DNA from: an uncultured Gemmatimonadales bacterium
GTDB lineage: Bacteria > Gemmatimonadota > Gemmatimonadetes > Longimicrobiales > Gaopeijiaceae
DNA length: 64,000 nt
Direction of reading: 5' to 3'
NCBI GenBank assembly: GCA_963809895.1
Contig: CAWELD010000003.1
Location: forward strand, 1,088,001 to 1,152,000
Below the pieces are notes generated by a model. It saw only the letters and a list, made by a program, of their open reading frames with translations, did no database searches and was not told the DNA's origin. Positions within the stretch are counted from its first letter, which is position 1. Each line of letters starts with the position of its first letter. Below, in pieces: positions 47,001 through 56,105 of the stretch. The translations under genes were made by a program, and so were the position numbers.

Positions 47001-47269
47001 AAGCCACCGTCGGTGGTCTTCCAGAGGCCACCTCCGGCAGCTCCGAAGTAGTACTCGAACTCCCGGCTGTCGCTCCCGGCCACGGCCTGGGAGCGGCCCC
47101 CGCGCGCAGGACCGATGTTGGTCCACTGGAGTGCGTCGAAGAAGGACTCGTCGACCTGCGATTGAGACGAGGCCGGGACGGGGGTGGTCGCCGCCAGCAG
47201 GAGCGCCGCGCCGGCGAGGATGGGGAGGGCGCGGAGGCTCCGGCCTGCGGAGCCGCGTGCGTCGCGCAT
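44084..47269 (-). CDS. Secreted BNR/Asp-box (VPS10/sortilin-like) glycosyl hydrolase-like protein
   Basis: WTNIGPARGGR, many S/T-x-D-G-G-x-x-W boxes, HGDNHDLWI, C-terminal coiled coil; substrate unknown. Confidence 0.82.
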   Translation of the reverse strand: MRDARGSAGRSLRALPILAGAALLLAATTPVPASSQSQVDESFFDALQWTNIGPARGGRSQAVAGSDSREFEYYFGAAGGGLWKTTDGGLNWRPVTDGQLGSASVGAVAVCEADPDVVYIGMGETELRGNVMQGDGVYRSSDGGQHWEHLGLENTQAISRIRIHPDDCNTAWVAAFGVHSAPNPERGVFKTTDGGQSWRKVLYRDDRSGAEDLTLDPNNPQVMYASLWEAWRKSWGMSSGGPGSGLFKSTDGGENWTEISRNPGLPQEGVLGKIGVSVSPVDPNRVYAIIENEEGGVFVSDDAGATWTRTNDDRSLRQRAFYYTRIYADPQVKDRVYVLNTGAYRSDDGGKTFEGRLSVPHGDNHDLWIAPSNDDRMINSNDGGANVSVNGGRTWTDQDFSTAQFYRVITTAHVPYHVCGAQQDNSTACIPSKDWSHLSDQAGGPNFLYSVGGGESGYIAPDPLDPNVFYAGSYGGAMSRFDYATGITRPVNIWPDNPMGYSAEDIDERSQWTYPIVFSHLDPEVLYSATQKVWRTRNEGQSWDQISPDLTRADPSTMGPSGGPITKDQTGVETYATVFAIAPSYHDPNVIWAGSDDGYVHVTRNGTDAQPTWTNVTPPDAPDFVRINTIEASPTTAGKAYVAGIRYLVDNDRHPYVWKTEDYGQTWTKIVNGIADDHFVRAVREDPNRPGLLYAATEETVYISWDDGAHWQPLGLNLPNTQVSDLVVEENDLVIATHGRSFWIMYNMNPLRQIDADVLASDVHLFDPADPVQGFDNSVQVYYYLANDAQDVKIDFMDDQGEVIQSYTATASDESDEEGQGGGGRGGFRGFGGGGSPSVDAGSHRFQWNMRYPGYTDFEGRIFWAAGNQGPQALPGRYAVRLTVDGVTEEQDFEIKMNPRLIDTGVTMADLQQRFDLAMKIRDRVSAANEAVIRIRGIKEQVDDRLEASDDQRLEDLGTEVNDKLSGVESDIYQVKNRSGQDPLNFPIKLNNKIAALMGIVEGGDTRPTDQSFEVFDMLSGQLDGELQQLQVIIQQDVQRLNEMLRSMGMEPIQLENLISD

Positions 47270-47354
47270 GGGACTTCCTCGGTTCGGGTGTCGGGGAGGG
47301 TCGCTAGCTTGTTCCCGCCGGCACGCCATTGTCAAGCGATGGCGGGACATTCCG

Positions 47355-47750
47355 TCACAGCCTCGCCGTGCATTCGATCTCCACGGAGACCCCTTTGGGC
47401 AGGCCCGCGGCCTGGACCGTGGCCCGCGCCGGGCGGTGGTCCCCGAAGTGCGCAGCGTACACCTGGTTCATGGCCGCGAAGTCACCCATGTCCGCCAGGA
47501 ACACGGTGGTCTTCACGACCCGATCCAACCCCGTGCCGGCAGCCTCGAGAACGGCGGCCAGGTTCCGCAGCACCTGCTCGGTCTGCGCTCCCACGTCGCC
47601 GAGCACCAGGTCGCCCGAATGCGGGTCCAGGGGGATCTGCCCGGAGCAGAACACCCAGCCGTCGGCCACCACGGCCTGGCTGTAGGGGCCGATGGCCTCG
47701 GGGGCCTCTCCGGTGCGCACGATGCCGATGTCGCTCATGATGTCGTTCAC
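47355..47750 (-). CDS. ridA: RidA family enamine/imine deaminase
   Basis: APEAIGPYSQA, SGQIPLDP, VVKTTVFL, PARATV, VEIE. Confidence 0.9.
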   Translation of the reverse strand: MNDIMSDIGIVRTGEAPEAIGPYSQAVVADGWVFCSGQIPLDPHSGDLVLGDVGAQTEQVLRNLAAVLEAAGTGLDRVVKTTVFLADMGDFAAMNQVYAAHFGDHRPARATVQAAGLPKGVSVEIECTARL

Positions 47751-48739
47751 TCCTGCTTGAAGGTTCGGTACTGGTCGAGAATCTCCCGCGGGCTGACCGT
47801 CGCCACGCCCGCCTTGCCCACCTCGATGGCGGCGGCGTGATTGGCCAGCACGGCGGCTTCCACCGCGCTCGCGCCGGCAGCCAATGCCACCGCCACGACC
47901 GCGGTCACGGTATCCCCTGCTCCGGACACGTCGTAGACGGCTCGCGCCACCGCCGGAATCCGCAGGTAGCGGCCCGACGCATCCGCCAGGGACATCCCCT
48001 CCTCCCCACGGGTCAGGAGGAGCGTGTCACAGCCCAGGCGGTCTCGGGTGGACGCCATCCAGTCCTCGTCGTCGGGGCGTAGATGCTCGCCCAGGGCGTC
48101 GGCCAGCTCCTTGGCGTTGGGCTTGAAGACGGTGGATCCGCGGAAGTCGAAGAAGCGGAGCCGCTTGGGGTCGACCACGGTGGGGATCCCCAACCCCCGC
48201 CCCGCCTCCACCACGGCGCGGATGACCGACGGGACGAGCACGCCCTTGTTGTAGTCCTCCATGACGAGGACGTCGCACGAGGGCGCGAGACCTTGCACGG
48301 CCTCCACCAATGCCTGGGCGATGTCCGCCTCGACGTCCGAGTCCAGCTCGCGGTCGAAGCGCACGACCTGTTGCCGGCGCGCCAGCACGCGCGTCTTGAC
48401 CGTGGTGGGCCGTACCGGCGTCTCCACCACGCCGTCGAGGCGGGCGCCCAGGGCGTCCAGGGCACCTCGCAGACGCTCGGCGCCGGGATCCCGGCCGATG
48501 CACCCCACCACCTGGCAGCCGGCCTTCAACGCCCGCACGTTGGCCGCCACGTTGGCGGCGCCGCCCACCGCCCAGGATTCGCCTTCCACACGCACCACCG
48601 GCACCGGGGCCTCGGGCGAGATGCGCTCCACCGTGCCCGAGATGTACTCGTCGAGCATCAGGTCTCCCACGACCAGCGCCTGCACGCTCGTCGCACCCTC
48701 GAGGATCTCCTCCACCCGCTCCAGGGACATGCGGTCCAC
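47747..48739 (-). CDS. rfaE1: D-glycero-beta-D-manno-heptose-7-phosphate kinase (stand-alone)
   Basis: ERISPEAPVPVV, GGAANVA, DYNKG, YDVSGAGDTV. Confidence 0.9.
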   Translation of the reverse strand: MDRMSLERVEEILEGATSVQALVVGDLMLDEYISGTVERISPEAPVPVVRVEGESWAVGGAANVAANVRALKAGCQVVGCIGRDPGAERLRGALDALGARLDGVVETPVRPTTVKTRVLARRQQVVRFDRELDSDVEADIAQALVEAVQGLAPSCDVLVMEDYNKGVLVPSVIRAVVEAGRGLGIPTVVDPKRLRFFDFRGSTVFKPNAKELADALGEHLRPDDEDWMASTRDRLGCDTLLLTRGEEGMSLADASGRYLRIPAVARAVYDVSGAGDTVTAVVAVALAAGASAVEAAVLANHAAAIEVGKAGVATVSPREILDQYRTFKQE

Positions 48740-48779
48740 CGTGCTCGTGCTCCTGCTGGCGATCAGATCGTAGGAAAGG

Positions 48780-49889
48780 TCAGACGACGGGGCCGCGGCC
48801 GCGGGCCTCCAGCGGCCAGCTGCGCACCGGCTCGGCCCCGTCCAGGACCAGGATACGGTCCTGCAGGTTCACCGACACGCACACGTGATTCGGAACGATA
48901 CGCACCCGGTCCCCCACCCGTGGTCGGAAGTCCGTCCCCTCCAGACCCAGCATGCCGTGCTCCTCACTCAGAGCCACCACTTCCACCTCCGGTCGGTCGA
49001 GCAGGTGTCCGAAGGTGCCAGCGCCGCCGCGGGGCTCCTTGGCCAGCGCCTTGGAGCCGGCGTCGACCGCGGCCCGCCCCTCCACGGAGGTGCTGACGAC
49101 GGTGGCGAGGACCGTGTAGGCCAGGTCGGACGGCGACGCGGCGCCCACGGCCACGGCATCGCGATCGTAATAGATGCAGGTGCCGGCGCGAACCTCGGTG
49201 AGCCCGGGAACCTCGTGACTGCGCCACAGGGTGGGCGTCGTTCCCCCGCTCACCACCTCGGCAGGGACGCCCGCCTCGTCCAGCGCCGCGTATACGCGCT
49301 CCAGCTCCTCGCCCAGCGCCGCCAGCGCCCGATCCTCGTCGGAACCGGACCCGCGGATGTGGCCCGCGTAGAAGAGGAGCCCCCGATACCGGAGCGGCGG
49401 GCGTTCCGCCACGCGTCGGGCCAGCGCCACCGCGGCCTCCACCCCCTGCACGCCGACGCGGCGCAGACCGACGTCGAGCTCCACCAGGACATCGACGCGG
49501 CGACTCTGCTCTGCCGCCCTCCGGGCCAGCGGCTCCAGCACCGCTTCAGAGTCCAGAGCGACGGAGAGACGGACGTGCTCCGGCAGCGACAGGATCCGGT
49601 CCAGGCGGGTGTCGCCCACCGGGGGATACGCCAGCAGGAGGTCGTGGCACACCTCCGCCATCACCTCGGCCTCACGAGGCGTCGCCACCGTCAGTCCCCC
49701 GGCGCCTGCGTCGAGTTCGATGCGGGCCATCCGGGTCGACTTGTGAGTCTTGACGTGAGGCCGCCAGCACAGGCCGTGCGAGGCGCAGTACTCCACCACC
49801 CTGCGGGCGTTGGCACGGGCCACCTCCAGGTCCACCACCGCGACCGGCGTCTCGACGCCGTCGAGATCGAGGCGCGCGGGACCGGTCAT
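48780..49889 (-). CDS. Fold-type III PLP enzyme (D-threonine aldolase / D-serine dehydratase family)
   Basis: RPHVKTHKS (PLP Lys), DAGSKAL, LSEEHG, PNHVC. Confidence 0.85.
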   Translation of the reverse strand: MTGPARLDLDGVETPVAVVDLEVARANARRVVEYCASHGLCWRPHVKTHKSTRMARIELDAGAGGLTVATPREAEVMAEVCHDLLLAYPPVGDTRLDRILSLPEHVRLSVALDSEAVLEPLARRAAEQSRRVDVLVELDVGLRRVGVQGVEAAVALARRVAERPPLRYRGLLFYAGHIRGSGSDEDRALAALGEELERVYAALDEAGVPAEVVSGGTTPTLWRSHEVPGLTEVRAGTCIYYDRDAVAVGAASPSDLAYTVLATVVSTSVEGRAAVDAGSKALAKEPRGGAGTFGHLLDRPEVEVVALSEEHGMLGLEGTDFRPRVGDRVRIVPNHVCVSVNLQDRILVLDGAEPVRSWPLEARGRGPVV

Positions 49890-50404
49890 CCGCCCACCAA
49901 CGCGTCCAGCGCCAGCACGAAGGTGCTGTCCGACTCCTGGACCTGCCCGATGCGCGCGAGGCGGATCACCCCGTCGCCGTCCAACAGGAAGGTCGCTGGA
50001 AGGCCGATCACCTGATAGCGGTCCATGGCCCGTGCCCGGGGATCGAGGAGGATGTCGTAGGTGACCCCGGCGTCGGCGGCGAAGTCCCGCACGCGCGCCC
50101 CGGCCGAGGCGTCGTCCTCCGAAATCCCCACGACCCGCAGTCCGCGGGGGCCGTAGCGCTCGAACAGCGATTGCAGATACGGAGTCTCCCGCCGGCACGG
50201 GGCGCACCAGGTGGCCCAGAGATTCACCAACACGGGCCGGCCCCGGAGATCGGCGAGCGCCAGCGAGTCGCCCGCGAGGGTGAGCCCCACCACATCGGGG
50301 GCCTCGTCACCGGGACCGGGCGGGCCGCGCACCTCGCCCCGGCATCCCCCGAGGGCGGACACGACCACCACCAGGCCCAGCGTCGCACCGAGACGCCGCA
50401 TCAA
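49886..50404 (-). CDS. TlpA-family thiol:disulfide oxidoreductase lipoprotein
   Basis: Lipobox LGGC; VNLWATWCAPC; GLPATFLLD. Confidence 0.88.
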   Translation of the reverse strand: MMRRLGATLGLVVVVSALGGCRGEVRGPPGPGDEAPDVVGLTLAGDSLALADLRGRPVLVNLWATWCAPCRRETPYLQSLFERYGPRGLRVVGISEDDASAGARVRDFAADAGVTYDILLDPRARAMDRYQVIGLPATFLLDGDGVIRLARIGQVQESDSTFVLALDALVGG

Positions 50405-51669
50405 CGCTCACCCACCCCGCCGAAGCGGATGCGCGCCGTGCGCACGCGCGTGCCCTCGCCGGAGACGTCGGTCCACGCCGCGAGCAGGTCGCCGTCCGGG
50501 AGCGGCACCACGTGGGGAAAGCCCGCGGCCCGCGCTTCCGACGTGAGCGCGAGGACCGCCGCGTCGGAGAGAGCCCCTCCCGGCGCGACCCGGCGCAGAC
50601 GCACGTCGGCCCCGTCGTCCGTCCGCTCCACCCAGGTCACGAGCGCCGCTCCGTCGGCGGCCAGCACCACGTCGACCCTGCCTACCGGATCGCCGTCGTC
50701 CACGCGTACCGGCTCGCTGAAGCGCACCCCCCCGTCGTCGGAGAACGCGACCTCGACGCGGCGTACATCGGCCGCCGCCGTAAACCACGCCACGGCGACG
50801 TGCTGTCCGAGGGCGTCCGCCGCGGGTCCGTTCACCGGGCACGCATCGATCGTCCACCCGTCGCGATGCACCGGTCGGGGCTCGGTCCAGGTCCCGTCCA
50901 CGAACCGCGACGCGAAGATGTCTCGCACCTCGTCGTCGGCGCGGTCCCGGTAGACGGCCACCCACCCGTCCTCGACCCGCGCCATGGCGGTCTGGCAACA
51001 GTCGCAGGTGCGGCCGTCCACGAGCATCTCGGGGCCGGCCTCGCCCCCGGCGTCCACCACGCGGGCCCTGAGGCTCATCTCCTCGGTGGCGGGGCCGGCC
51101 GGTCCGTCGGCGAACCGGCGGCCGTCCAGCCACAGGAGCGTGAGGCGGCCGTCGTCACCGGGAGCCAGGGTGACGAAGCCGTGCTCCGTGGCGGTGTCGT
51201 CCTCGTGGGGCGTCCACGGGTCGGACCAGTGGGCCCCGTCGTCGTCGGAGAACACCACCCGGATCCCGTAGTCGTAGCCGCCCTCGTCACCTCGCTGCAG
51301 CCAGTGGGCGGCCAGGCGGCCGTCGGAGAGCCGAACCACCGACGGGACGTCGGCCCAGTTCACGAACAGGTCGCCCCGGGTGACGACGGTCCTGGTCTCA
51401 CCCCACCCCGCCGGACCCATGGGCGTGGTCTTCAACGACCAGCTGTCACCCTCGGGCTCGAGCCAACTCAGGACGGCGCCGTCCTCCGTCGGGGACAGGT
51501 TGGGCTCCTGGGCGCCGGGTCCCGCAGGTGAGGGGAGGTCGACCACCGTGACGGCACGCTTCGCCGAAGGAGGAGACGCCCCTTCGCACGCGGCGAGCCA
51601 CAAGGCGAGCACGAGGGCCCGCGAAACGCGGAGGCGGGCCGATCGTACACCCTGAGCGTGGGAGGTCAT
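50401..51669 (-). CDS. BNR/sialidase-like beta-propeller lipoprotein with Cys motifs
   Basis: Lipobox LAAC; SDDDGAHW and SDDGGVRF boxes; CDCCQT and DACPVNGP. Confidence 0.75.
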   Translation of the reverse strand: MTSHAQGVRSARLRVSRALVLALWLAACEGASPPSAKRAVTVVDLPSPAGPGAQEPNLSPTEDGAVLSWLEPEGDSWSLKTTPMGPAGWGETRTVVTRGDLFVNWADVPSVVRLSDGRLAAHWLQRGDEGGYDYGIRVVFSDDDGAHWSDPWTPHEDDTATEHGFVTLAPGDDGRLTLLWLDGRRFADGPAGPATEEMSLRARVVDAGGEAGPEMLVDGRTCDCCQTAMARVEDGWVAVYRDRADDEVRDIFASRFVDGTWTEPRPVHRDGWTIDACPVNGPAADALGQHVAVAWFTAAADVRRVEVAFSDDGGVRFSEPVRVDDGDPVGRVDVVLAADGAALVTWVERTDDGADVRLRRVAPGGALSDAAVLALTSEARAAGFPHVVPLPDGDLLAAWTDVSGEGTRVRTARIRFGGVGER

Positions 51670-51939
51670 CTGCGGTGAGGGCTCCGATGGCTTGAGTCTT
51701 GCGATCGGCCTGCCGTGTCGAGCTCGACCGGCCGGGGCCTGAATGTTCGCCGGCTCACCGGTGGCACGCAATCGCCGAGGATGGAACCAAGACCCCCGGC
51801 AACGGGGTTGCATGAGCAGCGATTGGATCGTTTTTGACAACGAGGCCCGTTGGCGCCTCTCAAACTTGAAGGATCTTTCTCTCCCGGCGCCGCGGTGGCC
51901 CGACAGAGAACGCTTTCCACGATCGAGCAGAGGGTCATC

Positions 51940-54900
51940 ATGACGACGTTCCGGACCAGACCGCGACCTCTCGGCCGCTTCGGCGTGACGCTTCTCGCGC
52001 TGGCTGCCCTGGGCGCGGTGCCTCACACGGTCCAGGCCCAGTCCTCGTACTTCGGGCGCAACAAGGTCCAGTACGACGACTTCGATTTCAAGGTGTTGGA
52101 GACCCCGCACTTCGACATCTACTACTATCCGGAAGAGACCGAGGCCATCGAGGATCTGGCCCGCATGTCCGAGCGCTGGTACGAGCGTTTCGCGCGGACC
52201 TTCCAGCACGAATTCGAGGGCCGCAAGCCACTCATCGTGTACGCGGACCACCCGGACTTCCAGCAGACCAACACCCTGCAGGGCTCCATCGGCGAGGGGA
52301 CCGGCGGTGTGACCGAATCGCTCAAGAACCGGGTGATCCTGCCCCTCACCGGATCCTATCACGATACCGACCACGTGCTCGGCCACGAGCTCGTGCACGC
52401 CTTCCAGTACAACATCGCGCAGGGGCGCAGGGGCGCCGGCCTCCAGGGGCTCAACTCCCTTCCCCTCTGGCTCATCGAGGGAATGGCGGAATATCTGTCC
52501 ATCGGTCGCGACGACCCGTTGACGGCCATGTGGATGCGGGATGCCCTCCTGCAGGAGGATTTCCCCACCATCAAGCAGATGACCAAAGAGCAGCGCTTCT
52601 TCCCGTACCGGTTCGGCGAGGCGCTGTGGGCGTACATCGGCGGAACCTACGGCGACGACGCGGTGGTCCAGATCTATCGTCGTGCGCTGCGAATCGGCTT
52701 CCAGCCGGCGCTGCAGCAGGTGCTGGGCGTGTCGGCGGACACCCTCTCCGTGCAGTGGAAACAGGGCGTGTCCCAGGCCTACCAGCCGCTGATGGAGGGA
52801 CGGTCCCATCCCGACTCGGTAGGGACGTTGATTCTCGGGCCTGGTACCGGCGCCGGCGAGCAGAACGTCGCACCGTCGTTGAGCCCCGACGGTCGTTACG
52901 TGGCCTTCATCTCCGAGAAGGACCTCTTTTCGGTAGACCTGTACCTGGCGGAGACGGCCACCGGGAAGATCCTGCACAAGCTCTCCAGCTCAGCATCGGA
53001 TCCGCATTCTGACGCTCTCAGCTACATCGCGTCTTCAGGCACGTGGTCGCCCGACGGCACGCAGTTCGCCTACGTGGTCTTCGCAAGTGGTGCGAACGAA
53101 ATCTACATCGTCGACGTGGAGAGCGGCGACGTGAGGAAGCGGATCTCGTTCGACGAGATCGGCGCCGTCAACAACCCGTCATGGTCTCCCGACGGCACGC
53201 GACTCGCGTTCACGGGCATGAAGGGCGGTATCTCCGACCTCTACGTCTACGACCTGAACAGCGAGGAGCTCACGCAGCTCACCAACGATCGCAACGCCGA
53301 CTACCAGCCCACCTGGTCGCCCGACGGCAACACCATCGCCTTCGCGTCGGACCGCGGGCCGGAGACGAACTTCCGGGACCTCACCTACAGCCGGTTCCGG
53401 ATCTCGCTGATCGACGTTCGCTCGCACGAGGTGCGCACGCTGAACCTGCTGGGCAACGTTCGGCACTCCAACCCGGAGTTCGGCGAGGACGGCAATACGC
53501 TCTTCTTCCTCTCCGACGCCGACGGGTTCGCCGACATCTACCGCGTGGATCTCCGCACGAACGACGTGCGCCGGCTCACCCGCGTGGCCACCGGCGTGAG
53601 CGGCATCACCGCCATGTCGCCGGCCATGTCGCAAGCCAACGGCACCCTGGCCTTCTCGGTCTTCACGGCGCTGGGCTTCAGGATCCACACGCTTCCGTCG
53701 TCGGTGGCCGGTGAGGCCGTGACGACGCGCATGGCCGGGGCCGGACAGCCGGAGGCGCCCGGACGGATGCTCCCGCCGCCGAGCCCTGACCGCTTCAGTC
53801 GGGTCTCCGAGTACCTGGCGGATGCGTCCACGGGGCTGGTGCCTCCGGGCACCTACACCGGCGACGAAGCCAAGGATTACGATCCCTCGCTCGCGCTGGA
53901 CTACGTGGGCCAGCCTTCGGTGGGCGTGGGCACGGACCGCTTCGGAAGCTACGTGGGCGGTGGAGCGTCGGCCTTCTTCAGCGACATGTTGGGCAACCGG
54001 TTGCTCGGGGTGGCGCTCCAGGCGCAGGGGTCGGTGAAGGATATCGGAGGGCAGGTCGTCTACGCCGACGTGGGCCACCGCTGGAACTGGTCCGTGAACG
54101 CGGGCCGCATTCCGTACATGCTGCTCTACCAGGGCCTGTACGCGGATTCCACCAACGGCGCCTACCTGGCCCAGACGCGCTACCGGATCTTCATCACCAG
54201 CGTGGGGGGCACGGTCGCCTATCCGTTCTCCATGACCCGCCGGGTGGAAACCCGGCTCGGCTTCACCCGACAGTCGTACGACATCGAGGAGGATCGGTAC
54301 TTCCTGGATGGGCTCGGGCGAATCGTGAGCGCCCGTCGGGTCCAGCTGGACTCGCTGGAGCCCCCGCCGCTCAACCTGGGCCAGGCCTCCATTGCCCTGG
54401 TGGGCGACAACTCCTTCTTCGGCTTCACCTCGCCCATCCGCGGCGGCCGCTGGCGCTTCGAAGGAGAGGCCACCTACGGCTCGGTGAACTTCTTCACCGC
54501 CATCGCCGACTGGCGGCGTTACTGGTCCCCGGCCAAGTACCTGACTGTGGCGGCGCGGGGCCTGCACTACGGGCGCTACGGGCTTGCGGCCGGGGACGCC
54601 AACGTGGTCCGGCCCCTGTTCCTGGGCTACGAGACGCTCATCCGGGGCTACTCCATCGAGAGTACCGACGTGAGCGAATGTCGGGTGGGAGCGACATCGA
54701 CGGATTCGTGTCCCACGGTGTCTCGACTCCAGGGGCAACGCCTGGGCGTCGTGAACCTGGAGCTACGCGTGCCGCTCCTGGGCACGGAGCAGTTCGGGAT
54801 CTTCAACTTCCCGTACCTGCCTACCGAGCTGACGGCGTTCGTGGACGGTGGCGCCGCGTGGGATCCGGAGCATCCGATCTCGTGGGAATTCCGGAAGACG

Positions 54901-55050
54901 TCCTCCGATCGCGTGCCGGTCTTCTCCTACGGCGTGTCGGCACGCTTCAACCTGCTGGGTTTCCTGGTCCTGGAGGCGTACTACGCCAATCCGTTGCAGC
55001 GGCCTGACAAGGGCTGGCACTGGGGCTTCTCGCTGTCGCCGGGCTGGTAA
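51940..55050 (+). CDS. Omp85-family protein with N-terminal gluzincin-like peptidase and PD40/TolB-like propeller
   Basis: Signal peptide; GHELVHAFQ and WLIEGMAEY; WSPDG repeats; barrel with IRGY and C-terminal WGFSLSPGW. Confidence 0.82.
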   Translation: MTTFRTRPRPLGRFGVTLLALAALGAVPHTVQAQSSYFGRNKVQYDDFDFKVLETPHFDIYYYPEETEAIEDLARMSERWYERFARTFQHEFEGRKPLIVYADHPDFQQTNTLQGSIGEGTGGVTESLKNRVILPLTGSYHDTDHVLGHELVHAFQYNIAQGRRGAGLQGLNSLPLWLIEGMAEYLSIGRDDPLTAMWMRDALLQEDFPTIKQMTKEQRFFPYRFGEALWAYIGGTYGDDAVVQIYRRALRIGFQPALQQVLGVSADTLSVQWKQGVSQAYQPLMEGRSHPDSVGTLILGPGTGAGEQNVAPSLSPDGRYVAFISEKDLFSVDLYLAETATGKILHKLSSSASDPHSDALSYIASSGTWSPDGTQFAYVVFASGANEIYIVDVESGDVRKRISFDEIGAVNNPSWSPDGTRLAFTGMKGGISDLYVYDLNSEELTQLTNDRNADYQPTWSPDGNTIAFASDRGPETNFRDLTYSRFRISLIDVRSHEVRTLNLLGNVRHSNPEFGEDGNTLFFLSDADGFADIYRVDLRTNDVRRLTRVATGVSGITAMSPAMSQANGTLAFSVFTALGFRIHTLPSSVAGEAVTTRMAGAGQPEAPGRMLPPPSPDRFSRVSEYLADASTGLVPPGTYTGDEAKDYDPSLALDYVGQPSVGVGTDRFGSYVGGGASAFFSDMLGNRLLGVALQAQGSVKDIGGQVVYADVGHRWNWSVNAGRIPYMLLYQGLYADSTNGAYLAQTRYRIFITSVGGTVAYPFSMTRRVETRLGFTRQSYDIEEDRYFLDGLGRIVSARRVQLDSLEPPPLNLGQASIALVGDNSFFGFTSPIRGGRWRFEGEATYGSVNFFTAIADWRRYWSPAKYLTVAARGLHYGRYGLAAGDANVVRPLFLGYETLIRGYSIESTDVSECRVGATSTDSCPTVSRLQGQRLGVVNLELRVPLLGTEQFGIFNFPYLPTELTAFVDGGAAWDPEHPISWEFRKTSSDRVPVFSYGVSARFNLLGFLVLEAYYANPLQRPDKGWHWGFSLSPGW

Positions 55051-55075
55051 GCGCGGGAAGCATCCACGCCATCGA

Positions 55076-55111
55076 CGAAGGCCCGGCCGCCCATGGGTGG
55101 CCGGGCCTTCG
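55076..55111. terminator. Hairpin between convergent genes
   Basis: CGAAGGCCCGGCCGCCC / GGGTGGCCGGGCCTTCG inverted repeat; no strong U-tract. Confidence 0.6.
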
Positions 55112-55151
55112 CACATCCGCCCGATTCCGCCTGTGGGTTGGCGCGCCCGCG

Positions 55152-56105
55152 CTAGAAGATCTCGATGGTGAGGTAGCGCTTGGGGTTGGCGCGCACGTCG
55201 GTGAGCAGCGAGTCCAGGCTGATGGCGGCGGCGTTGAGGCTCTCGTACAGCTGCCCGTCCTGCGACAGGCGTCCCAGCGTGCCCTCGCCGGCGGCCATCC
55301 GTCCGATGACGGTGTCCAGCGAGCCCAGGACGCGGTCCAGCCGGTCCCGGGTCTGACCGAGCTCCGCCAGCAGGCTGTCGGCCCGGGCCGCCGCGCTGGC
55401 CACGTCGGGTCCGGCGCTCTCGGCGGTCTCCGCCAGGCCGTCGGCGGCCCGGTTGAGCGTGGCGGTGAGGCGAGCGACCTCGTCCCTCTGCTGGGCCAGC
55501 ATGCCCCGCAGCTCACGGGTGAGTCCCTCGACGTCTCGCGCCGAGGCCTGCACCGACGCCACGGTGGGCGTGTCCAGGAGCATGCCGAGCCGTTGGAGCA
55601 CCACCTCGGCCTGCTCGCTCAGGCGGCCCGCCTGGTCCATGAGGCCCCCGCCCTGATCCTCGCCCGGCAGCGTGTCTCCCTCCTGGAGCACGGCCTGGGA
55701 CTCCCCCGGAACGATCTCCATGGTGCGCCCGCCGAAGATGCCCGATTCAGCCAGGACCGCGTGGGAGCCTCGCGGGATTCCCCATTCCCCCTCGATCTCG
55801 AGGGTGATGGCCACCCGACCGTCCGACGTCATCTCGAACTCGTGCACCCGCCCGACGTTGACGCCCCGCATCTGCACCGGATCGCCGCGCCGGATCCCGC
55901 CGGCGTCGGTCAGCTCCGTCACCACCATGTAGCGGCCTCGAAGGGTGGCGGGATCGGTGAGCAGGAACAGCACGGTGATGAAGGACACCAGCCCGAGGAG
56001 CACGAAGACTCCGATACGAAACTCACGGCCCGATCCGTCGCGAGGCACGGCGGCCTGGAGCTCCGCATCGCTGGGGCCGTTCTTCACTCTCTGACCGTCG
56101 GTCAT
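55152..56105 (-). CDS. mlaD: MlaD/MCE family protein with helical extension
   Basis: Single TM, GDPVQMRGVNVGRV, GEGTLGRL, DVRANPKRY. Confidence 0.88.
   Translation of the reverse strand: MTDGQRVKNGPSDAELQAAVPRDGSGREFRIGVFVLLGLVSFITVLFLLTDPATLRGRYMVVTELTDAGGIRRGDPVQMRGVNVGRVHEFEMTSDGRVAITLEIEGEWGIPRGSHAVLAESGIFGGRTMEIVPGESQAVLQEGDTLPGEDQGGGLMDQAGRLSEQAEVVLQRLGMLLDTPTVASVQASARDVEGLTRELRGMLAQQRDEVARLTATLNRAADGLAETAESAGPDVASAAARADSLLAELGQTRDRLDRVLGSLDTVIGRMAAGEGTLGRLSQDGQLYESLNAAAISLDSLLTDVRANPKRYLTIEIF

Noticed and set aside
49886..50404. Selenoprotein candidate (TlpA) given selC
   Set aside because: Active site is encoded as CAPC with ordinary Cys codons; no in-frame UGA
50401..52977. 858 aa ORF as a single protein
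   Set aside because: Only the part from ATG 51669 has a lipoprotein signal and BNR motifs; the rest is antisense to the Omp85 gene
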